Assembly (NCBI GenBank): GCA_965221695.1
Contig: OZ244905.1
Location: 2,701,384 to 2,765,383, forward strand
Reading direction: 5' to 3'
Length of the DNA stretch: 64,000 nt
DNA from: Gammaproteobacteria bacterium
GTDB taxonomy: Bacteria; Pseudomonadota; Gammaproteobacteria; Eutrophobiales; Eutrophobiaceae
Below the pieces are notes generated by a model. The model ran no database searches, was not told where the DNA came from, and saw only the letters and a program-made list of their open reading frames with translations. Both the position numbers and the translations under genes were made by a program. Below, piece after piece: positions 57,002 to 64,000 of the stretch. Every line of letters starts with the position of its first letter. Position 1 is the first letter of the stretch.

Positions 57002-58126
57002 ATGCAGATAACAGATGTGCGCCTGCGCCGTTTACGGGTCATCGAGGAAGTGGGGACGGTGCAACTGGCCTGGAGTCCGGGCGATCAGATGCTGATCCAA
57101 AAAGGGGGCGGCGGTTTTGTTGAAGTTCTGACTGATGAAGGTATTGCCGGAATTGGTCCGGAGGTGGATGACCGCTTCATCCCGGTGTTGAAGAAGATAC
57201 TCATCGGCAGGGACCCCATGGAAGTGGAAAAGCTCAGCGCGATGCTGGAGTATTACCTTCAGGCAGGGACCCATTACCAACATGTGGCCGGAGTGGATAT
57301 CGCGCTGTGGGATATCGTGGGCAAGGCCAGGGGCTTGCCCCTGTATAAACTATGGGGCGGAAGTAAGGATCGTATTGTGCCCTATGCCGCAATGATCATG
57401 TTGTCCACGCCTGAGGAAAGGGCGGATATGGCGCGCCGGCTCAGGGATCAGGGCTGGCAGGCAATAAAGCTGCGTCTGCACCATGAGACCATGGCGGAAG
57501 ATATCCGCACGGTGGCCAAGGTCAGGGACGCAGTGGGCAGCGATATGCGCATCATGGTGGATGCCAACCAGGCACAATCCAAGGGTGACTGGCAACCGGG
57601 GGTGAGATGGGACTACCGGCGCGCGTACGACACCGCGCTGGAATTGCAACAGCTTGACTGCGTATGGCTGGAGGAGCCCAGGCCGCGCTATGCATTCGAG
57701 GAGCTGGCCAGGCTGAATGATTCGGTGGAGATAGACCTGGCAGGCGGTGAAAATGCCGCTGTCCTTTACGAGTTTCAACAGATGTGCGAACTGGGCGCCT
57801 ACAGCATATTGCAACCGGAATGCCTGGTATTGACCGGGATCACCGAAACCCTGAAGGTGGGGGAGATTGCAAAAAAATACGGCAAACAGGTTGCCCCCCA
57901 TAACGGCTACGTGAAACTCGGGTTGATCGCCCATATGCACATGGTGGCAAGCTGGCCGCACGCACCGTACCTGGAGCTGATCCACGACCCACCCGTCGGC
58001 GATTACCGCAATTTTTTTGCGTTGATGGATAATCCACCCCTGGTTGATGAACACGGGTGCATGACCGTACCGTCAGCGCCCGGCCTCGGCGTGGATATAG
58101 CCCCGGACCTGATCATCCCTGACTGA
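57002..58126 (+). CDS. Enolase-superfamily enzyme (mandelate racemase / muconate lactonizing family), paralog 2
   Basis: DIALWDIVGKARGLPLYKLWGG, MVDANQA and LEEP motifs. Confidence 0.8.
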   Translation: MQITDVRLRRLRVIEEVGTVQLAWSPGDQMLIQKGGGGFVEVLTDEGIAGIGPEVDDRFIPVLKKILIGRDPMEVEKLSAMLEYYLQAGTHYQHVAGVDIALWDIVGKARGLPLYKLWGGSKDRIVPYAAMIMLSTPEERADMARRLRDQGWQAIKLRLHHETMAEDIRTVAKVRDAVGSDMRIMVDANQAQSKGDWQPGVRWDYRRAYDTALELQQLDCVWLEEPRPRYAFEELARLNDSVEIDLAGGENAAVLYEFQQMCELGAYSILQPECLVLTGITETLKVGEIAKKYGKQVAPHNGYVKLGLIAHMHMVASWPHAPYLELIHDPPVGDYRNFFALMDNPPLVDEHGCMTVPSAPGLGVDIAPDLIIPD

Positions 58127-58163
58127 GCAACCCCTGTCCTGATCGCCGGTCGTGATCCCAAAC

Positions 58164-58196
58164 AAGGGGACCTCTGATTAAGTCTCAGAGTTTCCC
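58164..58196. repeat. MITE-B terminal-hairpin fragment
   Basis: aaggggacctctgattaagtctcagagtttccc. Confidence 0.6.
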
Positions 58197-58277
58197 AAGA
58201 TATCTATTCAGGGACCCTGTTCAACAATTTGTGTTACTCTGCGGTGAAATAAAAGCGAATAACATCGGGAGAACCCT

Positions 58278-59387
58278 ATGCACGTACATGCACTGGCGGC
58301 CGTTGCGCGGTCGCCCGAGGCGCCGTTTGATTTTCGCGAAATGGAACTGCTGCCACCGCGCAGTAACGAAGTACAGGTCAGGATTGCGGCGACCGGTATC
58401 TGCCATACGGATATTGCAGTCAAAGAACAGGCATTTCCATTGCCCTTGCCCATGGTGCTGGGCCATGAAGGCGCCGGGGTTGTCGAGGCGGTAGGTGAAG
58501 AAGTCACCCATCTACAGGTCGGGGACCATGTCGTGTTATGTGGCGATTCCTGTGGTAGGTGCGGTAATTGCCACCAGGGGTTGCCGTTTTACTGCCGCGA
58601 ATTCCCGGAGCGCAACCTGAGTGGCCTGCGCACTGACGGCAGCACCAGCCTGGTGTGCGATGGAGAGCCGATGCGGGGACGGTTTGTCGCCCAGTCGTCA
58701 TTTTCCACCCGGGTGATCGGCGCCGCAAGAGGCGCAATAAAAGTCCCCGGCGATTTACCCCTTGAATTGTTGGGGCCGCTGGGCTGTGGACTTGCCACCG
58801 GCGTGGGCACGGTGATGAATGCGCTGCGTCCGAGCGCCGGTTCAAGTATCGCGATTTTCGGCGCCGGAACCGTAGGGCTTGCCGCGGTGATGGGCGCGCG
58901 CCTTTCGGGTTGTACCTGCATAATCGTTACCGACATCCGGCCCGCGCGGCTTGAAATGGCGCGCGAACTGGGCGCGACCCATGTGCTTGATGCCGGTACG
59001 GAGGATGTGGTTGACGCGATCCATTCCATTACCGGCGGCGGCGCCAATTATGCGGTCGAATGCACGGGTGTACCCGAAGTCGTTATCCAGTCGGTCAACT
59101 GCCTTGCCCCGCCCGGCTGGTGTGCGCAGGTTGGGGTGACGCCTGCCGCCGCCACCGTGCCCCTGGAAATGGACCAGGTGATTTTCGGGCGCGGCCTGCG
59201 CGGTGTGGTGATGGGCGAAGCGAATGTGCAGGTCTTTGTACCGTTCCTGGCCGACCTGTTCAGGCAGGGGCGGCTCCCCTATGACCGCTTCGTCAAGTTC
59301 TATGACTTTGCCGATATCGACCGGGCAGTACATGACAGCGCCGTCACCGGCGAGGTGATCAAGCCGATCCTGCGCATGCCGGAATAG
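58278..59387 (+). CDS. Zinc-dependent NAD(P) alcohol dehydrogenase (aryl/benzyl-alcohol dehydrogenase-like)
   Basis: GICHTDIAV, GHEGAGVVEAVG, the structural-zinc cysteines CGRCGNC, and GAGTVGLAA. Confidence 0.85.
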   Translation: MHVHALAAVARSPEAPFDFREMELLPPRSNEVQVRIAATGICHTDIAVKEQAFPLPLPMVLGHEGAGVVEAVGEEVTHLQVGDHVVLCGDSCGRCGNCHQGLPFYCREFPERNLSGLRTDGSTSLVCDGEPMRGRFVAQSSFSTRVIGAARGAIKVPGDLPLELLGPLGCGLATGVGTVMNALRPSAGSSIAIFGAGTVGLAAVMGARLSGCTCIIVTDIRPARLEMARELGATHVLDAGTEDVVDAIHSITGGGANYAVECTGVPEVVIQSVNCLAPPGWCAQVGVTPAAATVPLEMDQVIFGRGLRGVVMGEANVQVFVPFLADLFRQGRLPYDRFVKFYDFADIDRAVHDSAVTGEVIKPILRMPE

Positions 59388-59433
59388 GTTAGTCCCTTTT
59401 CCTTTTAATTCTGATTATGTTCAGAGCAAAGCC

Positions 59434-60747
59434 GTGGCGTCAAGACAAGGCTCAGTCCGCAGTCCGGTGAATAGTCTGAATCCCTCCCTGCGGGAATACT
59501 GGCCCCGGCGTTACACGCTGACCGGCCTGGCGGTTATCGCGATGTTCATCTGCTACATGGACCGGGTGAACATTTCCATTGCCATCATACCGATGGCTGA
59601 CGACATGGGTTGGCAGCCGGAACAACAGGGCATGGTATTGTCGTCTTTTTTTCTCGGTTACCTGTTAACCCAGGTCCTCGGTGGCCGCCTGGCGGATCGC
59701 CATGGCGGCAAGCTTGTGCTGGGAGTTGCGGTACTGGTCTGGTCGTTGTTCACGTTTGTCACACCCGTAGCTGCAATGGCCGGTTTCGGCGCACTGCTCC
59801 TGGCGCGTATCGGTATGGGCGCAGGCGAAGGCGTGGCGTTGCCGGCCGTTTACAGTCTCTACGGTCGCTGGTTGCCGCGTCATGAGTTTTCCCGCGCCAT
59901 TGGCGCTACCTTTTCTGCGATGACCCTGGGGATTGTTTTCGGCATGGCAGCCACGCCCTGGATCATCGTCAATTTCGGTTGGCACTGGGCATTTTATTCA
60001 TTCGGTCTCGCCGGTTTTGCCTGGTTCATCTTCTGGCACAAAAGCGCTGCGTCGCATCCTGACCTGCATTCGGGTATCAGCGAGCAAGAGCGCGCGCTGA
60101 TACGCAGGGATGCGGCGCCGGTCACGGCAACACAGGCGCCGCCCTGGGGCCAGTTGTTAACCACACCGGCCGTCTGGGCTATCATCGTGGCCCATTTCTG
60201 TTCCAACTGGGGTGTGTACGTGCTGCTGGCGTGGATGCCCACCTATATCAACAAGGGGTTGCAGGTTGATTTCAATGCGGTGGGCTTGTATGCAATGATC
60301 CCCTACATCGCCGCCTTCCTGTTCTTTAACATAGCCGGCGCGCTCGCAGACAGACTGGCCATGCGTGGTTGGGAGACAATAAAAATCCGCAAGTTGATGC
60401 AAGTCATCGGTTTTGGCGGACCGGCGCTGATCCTGATGTTCGTCGGTAATGTCGATAATGCAGAAGCCGCGATTGCATTGATGACACTGGCCAATATTTT
60501 TATAGCCTTCAATGCGGGCGCTTTCATCGTCAACCACCTGGACATAGCCCCGAAATACGCCGGCGTTTTGATGGGCCTGTCGAACACGGCAGGCACAATA
60601 CCGGGTATCATAGGCGTTTATGTCAGCGGAATGATACTGGGGCTGACTGGTTCGTGGACGCTGGTGTTTCAGCTCGCAGCGCTGGTATACCTGCTGGGGC
60701 TGGTATTCTACCTGGCGTTCGCATCGGGCAAACGCCTGTTTGATTAG
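59434..60747 (+). CDS. MFS transporter (anion:cation symporter-like)
   Basis: About 12 predicted TM helices and GGRLADRHGGK (MFS loop 2-3 motif). The GTG start is uncertain. Confidence 0.8.
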   Translation: MASRQGSVRSPVNSLNPSLREYWPRRYTLTGLAVIAMFICYMDRVNISIAIIPMADDMGWQPEQQGMVLSSFFLGYLLTQVLGGRLADRHGGKLVLGVAVLVWSLFTFVTPVAAMAGFGALLLARIGMGAGEGVALPAVYSLYGRWLPRHEFSRAIGATFSAMTLGIVFGMAATPWIIVNFGWHWAFYSFGLAGFAWFIFWHKSAASHPDLHSGISEQERALIRRDAAPVTATQAPPWGQLLTTPAVWAIIVAHFCSNWGVYVLLAWMPTYINKGLQVDFNAVGLYAMIPYIAAFLFFNIAGALADRLAMRGWETIKIRKLMQVIGFGGPALILMFVGNVDNAEAAIALMTLANIFIAFNAGAFIVNHLDIAPKYAGVLMGLSNTAGTIPGIIGVYVSGMILGLTGSWTLVFQLAALVYLLGLVFYLAFASGKRLFD

Positions 60748-60900
60748 GGAAACTCTGAACAAGTCCATCCTGGACTTGTCAGAGTACGGAAAACAAAAAT
60801 GCGATTTTTGTTTTCCTCACAATATCAATGCCTTACAGACATTGATATTGACGATACATCCTTGTATCGTAGGAACCTCTGACTTAATCAGAGGTTCCTT
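60745..60900 (+). repeat. MITE-B element, full copy
   Basis: The copy starts at the MFS stop codon. All five hairpins are intact. Confidence 0.9.
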
Positions 60901-60917
60901 AGTTTTGGAGACAACTT

Positions 60918-61778
60918 ATGCAATGGCAAATAGGCAAGGTAAAAATAACCCGTGTGGTTGAGTTGGTCGTCAGCGGAGACAACGAATTTGTGTTGCCGGA
61001 CGCGCAAAACGAAAAGTGCCTGGCATACGACTGGATGCAGCCGCACTTCATGGATGAAAAAGGGTTTCTTCTTTTCAGCGTGCATGGTCTGATTGTCGAT
61101 ACCGGCGCCCACAAGGTCATGGTCGACACCTGTATCGGCAATGACAAGCAGTTGGCGGTTCCCACCTGGAATAATATGCAGACGAACTTTCTGGAAGACA
61201 TGAAGGCCGCCGGGTATGCGCGGGAGGATATCGATACGGTGCTGTGCACGCATCTTCACGTCGACCATGTGGGTTGGAATACCATGCTGGTGGACGGTAA
61301 ATGGACGCCAACCTTCAACAACGCCCGCTACCTGGTGGCGAAATCAGAGTGGGAGCACTGGGATGCCCATGAGGAGGAGATTGAGATAGGCCCGGTCATG
61401 CAGCAGTCCGTCCGGCCTGTAGTAGAGGCGGGGTTGATGGAACTGGTTGATCAGGATTACAGGGTCTGTCCCGAAATTAGACTGATACCGACACCCGGCC
61501 ATACTCCGGGTCATGTGAGCGTGCTGATCTCGTCCGAAGACAACCAGGCGCTGATTACCGGCGATTTTATCCACCACCCGGTACAGATGACACGGCCTGA
61601 TTGGTGCAGTTCGGCAGATTCCGACTCCGCGCAAGGCCTGCTCACCAGGAAGGAGATCCTGGAACGGTATGCCGCCACCGAGGTCCTGATTATCGGCAGC
61701 CATTTCCCCACACCGACCGCCGGTTATATCAAGCCCATGAGTAACGGTGATAATTACTGGCTGGACGTGAATGATTGA
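60918..61778 (+). CDS. MBL-fold metallo-hydrolase
   Basis: CTHLHVDHVGWN (HxHxDH motif) and the downstream TPGHTPGH. Confidence 0.8.
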   Translation: MQWQIGKVKITRVVELVVSGDNEFVLPDAQNEKCLAYDWMQPHFMDEKGFLLFSVHGLIVDTGAHKVMVDTCIGNDKQLAVPTWNNMQTNFLEDMKAAGYAREDIDTVLCTHLHVDHVGWNTMLVDGKWTPTFNNARYLVAKSEWEHWDAHEEEIEIGPVMQQSVRPVVEAGLMELVDQDYRVCPEIRLIPTPGHTPGHVSVLISSEDNQALITGDFIHHPVQMTRPDWCSSADSDSAQGLLTRKEILERYAATEVLIIGSHFPTPTAGYIKPMSNGDNYWLDVND

Positions 61779-61790
61779 CCGGAGTTTCTT

Positions 61791-62969
61791 ATGACCCGTA
61801 TCAAGTCGGTGGCCCTGACGGAATTTGAGTTTGGCGTGGACAACATAGGGCTGGAGACCGCGGCTGCCGGTGTCGGCAACATGGCCTATGTCAAGGGCAA
61901 CCGGTTCAAGGCCAGGCGCTGGGCCGTAAGCATCAGCGCCGACGAAGGCGCAACAGGTGAATATGTGACCAACTGGGTGGGAACGCCGTCATCGTTCGGC
62001 CAGGCATCCATGCTGGCGCCGTTGCTCGTCGGGCGTGACCCCGAACACAGGGAACAGATCTACAACGACCTGAAATGGGAAATACGGGCCTATGACCACA
62101 TGGGGCACGGCCCATTGGATATTGCCTTGTGGGACCTGGCAGGCAAGCTCCACGGCGTATCCATCAAGAGCATGCTTGGCGGCTACCGTGACAGGTTGCC
62201 GGTCTACGCGAGCACCTACGGGGGCCAGGAAAGCCCGGGCGGGTTGCACACGCCGGCGGATTTTGCCGACTATGCCGAACACTGCCTCGCTGCCGGTTTC
62301 CACGGCTTCAAGATCCACGGCTGGCGCAACAGCATACTGGCGCGTGAGATGGAAAACCTGCGCGGCGTGCGGGACAGGGTGGGAGATGATTACCCGGTGA
62401 TGATTGATCCGGCCTGCATGCTGGAAACCTGGATGGATGCCCTGGAACTGGGCAGGGTAGCCGACGAGGTCGGTTGCCTCTGGTATGAAGACCCCTACAA
62501 GGACGCGTCGGTCTCCGCGTTCGCGCACAGCCGCCTGCGGGAAAAACTGAAAACGCCGTTACTGGTCAGCGAGCATGTGCGCGGCCTGGAACAGAAAGCG
62601 TCCTTTCTGGTCAACGGCGGGTGCGACATGATCCATGCAGACCCGGAATACGATATGGGCATCACGGGCGTAATGAAAATAGCCCATTTCTGCGAAGCCA
62701 TGGGACTGGATGTGCAGATTCATGCTGTCGGCCCCGCCCATCGCCTGTGCATGTCGGCGATGCGCAACACCCTGATGTATGAAATGGCGCTGGTCGGCCC
62801 GGACATGCCCAACATCGTAGCGCCGGTATATACCTGTGGCTACTCGGATCGGGCGGAGGACCTGCCCGCCGACGGATTTCTGCCCGTTCCCGACGGCCCC
62901 GGCCTGGGCGTCAGCTATGACTGGGACTATATAAATGCCCACCAGACCAGGCGCCTGGTGTTTGAGTAA
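61791..62969 (+). CDS. Enolase-superfamily enzyme (mandelate racemase / muconate lactonizing family), paralog 3
   Basis: DIALWDLAGKLHGVSIKSMLGG, MIDPA and YEDP motifs. 392 aa. Confidence 0.75.
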   Translation: MTRIKSVALTEFEFGVDNIGLETAAAGVGNMAYVKGNRFKARRWAVSISADEGATGEYVTNWVGTPSSFGQASMLAPLLVGRDPEHREQIYNDLKWEIRAYDHMGHGPLDIALWDLAGKLHGVSIKSMLGGYRDRLPVYASTYGGQESPGGLHTPADFADYAEHCLAAGFHGFKIHGWRNSILAREMENLRGVRDRVGDDYPVMIDPACMLETWMDALELGRVADEVGCLWYEDPYKDASVSAFAHSRLREKLKTPLLVSEHVRGLEQKASFLVNGGCDMIHADPEYDMGITGVMKIAHFCEAMGLDVQIHAVGPAHRLCMSAMRNTLMYEMALVGPDMPNIVAPVYTCGYSDRAEDLPADGFLPVPDGPGLGVSYDWDYINAHQTRRLVFE

Positions 62970-63067
62970 CGGAGGTCAGCAGGCAAAGACCCAGGGCAGG
63001 CCGGCAGCAATCCGGAAACAGCGAACCGCCGGTTGAACCTCAGAAGCCCCCTGGTCCGGTCTCGCTT

Positions 63068-64000
63068 TTACCAGTTATAACCGACTTCAACGCCATAGGT
63101 GCGCGGCGGTCCTTGCATCTGATGGGCAAATCCCAGGGCCGAAATAATATCCTGGCCGGAGGACATGTACTTTGCGTTAGTGAGATTCATGACCCACACC
63201 GCTGCGTCCCAGTTGCCGTTATCCTGTTGGAAACTAAGACGCCCGTTCAGTAGGAAGTAGCCGTCTTCTTCCAGGATCAGGCGGTTGTTGGGTTCCAGGA
63301 AATGCTCGTCGACATACTTGAAGTCAGCCTGGAGGTAAGGACGAACTCCTCCCATCATGGGCAACTCGTAACGCGCTCTCCCATTGAAGGACCAGTCGGG
63401 CGCGTTGGTAATTTCATTACCCTTGATGGTTGAGGCTGGTCCGCCTGCCAACGAAGACAGGACCACATCGGTCTTGACGATCTCGTTATCCAGCCAGCTT
63501 AAGCCGACATCAATATAGAGCCGGTCAGTCATCAGCCATTGCAGAGAACCCTCGGCCCCGAAGATTTCCACATCGCCGGCGTTCTGTAGGCGGGCGCTCA
63601 CCTCGGTACCGCGCACGAAGGTAGCCTGGTACCCTTCAAAGTCATAGAAGAATCCGCTGCCGTTGAACTGCATGCGTCCGTCCAGCAAGGTCCACTTGAA
63701 GCCGCCCTCGTAGGCTCGCAGGGATTCGACGCCGAACGGCTGCAACGACGGCTGGGAAAAAATTACCGCGCCGGAATACCCACCACTGCGGAAACCTTCG
63801 CTGACTGATATATACCACATCATATCGTCGGTCGGGCTGTATTTGAGTGCGACACGGAAGTCCACGTTTTCCTCTTCCTGTTTGTTGTCGAAATCCAAGG
63901 GGCCGCCAGGCATAAACCCGTCGCAAGTGCCGCCTGCTGTAATAGGCAAGGCTGACAATGGACAAGGTGTGAAACCGGGAGTTGTCAGGGAAGTAAAAGC
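63068..64000 (-). CDS. TonB-dependent receptor, C-terminal barrel portion (5' end beyond the window)
   Basis: Barrel repeats and the terminal ...YGVEVGYNW. By my own translation, the reading frame stays open from 63958 to the window edge. Confidence 0.8.
   Translation of the reverse strand, partial: AFTSLTTPGFTPCPLSALPITAGGTCDGFMPGGPLDFDNKQEEENVDFRVALKYSPTDDMMWYISVSEGFRSGGYSGAVIFSQPSLQPFGVESLRAYEGGFKWTLLDGRMQFNGSGFFYDFEGYQATFVRGTEVSARLQNAGDVEIFGAEGSLQWLMTDRLYIDVGLSWLDNEIVKTDVVLSSLAGGPASTIKGNEITNAPDWSFNGRARYELPMMGGVRPYLQADFKYVDEHFLEPNNRLILEEDGYFLLNGRLSFQQDNGNWDAAVWVMNLTNAKYMSSGQDIISALGFAHQMQGPPRTYGVEVGYNW

Noticed and set aside
60740-60961. 73-aa ORF (MIRETLNKSILDLSEYGKQKCDFCFPHNINALQTL...) with look-alikes at 3028-3318 and at the C-terminus of 22528-23064. 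At first sight it looks like a conserved small Cys-rich protein family.
   Set aside because: The conservation is explained entirely by the MITE-B DNA repeat. The copies occur in both orientations, the reading frames are not maintained outside the repeat, and the sequence is a chain of hairpins.

Overview
GC-rich chromosomal window with gammaproteobacterial-type synteny. There are three housekeeping blocks. The first is cobQ (3' fragment), a cobalamin riboswitch, btuB and cobO. The second is recN-nadK, divergent from hrcA-grpE-dnaK-dnaJ-dapB-thioesterase. The third is lhr, a GFA-family gene, a mocA-like gene, then carA-carB-greA-rlmE-ftsH-glmM-serA-DUF1015-tRNA-Ser(CGA). Three accessory regions interrupt this backbone. 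(1) About 13.2-17.8 kb is a visibly AT-richer islet at the 3' end of the thioesterase gene. It is bounded by duplicated gene-end segments and carries a NYN nuclease-like gene, toxin-antitoxin genes (several orphaned) and a divergent UDG-like gene. (2) Just downstream of tRNA-Ser, the tRNA 3' end is present three times, bounding two 177-bp tandem units. A DUF4143 ATPase follows, then a tightly packed 8-gene operon (38.2-47.4 kb). The operon encodes four FHA-domain proteins, a PP2C phosphatase, a Ser/Thr kinase fused to a periplasmic FGE-sulfatase domain, a MotA/ExbB-like channel protein, and a bitopic protein with a MotB/ExbD-like Asp-containing TM helix plus a DUF2135-like domain. I consider this operon the best candidate for an undescribed envelope signalling/motor system. 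(3) 49.3-64 kb is a catabolic/uptake cluster: three enolase-superfamily paralogs, two TonB-dependent receptors, DUF3604, a quinohemoprotein PQQ dehydrogenase, a Zn-ADH, an MFS transporter and an MBL hydrolase. Two families of structured intergenic repeats are scattered through the window: a ~100-150 bp REP-like unit and a ~160-190 bp five-hairpin MITE-like unit. They generate several spurious ORFs in the supplied track. All functional calls rest on motif recognition by eye in the supplied translations; no database search was run.
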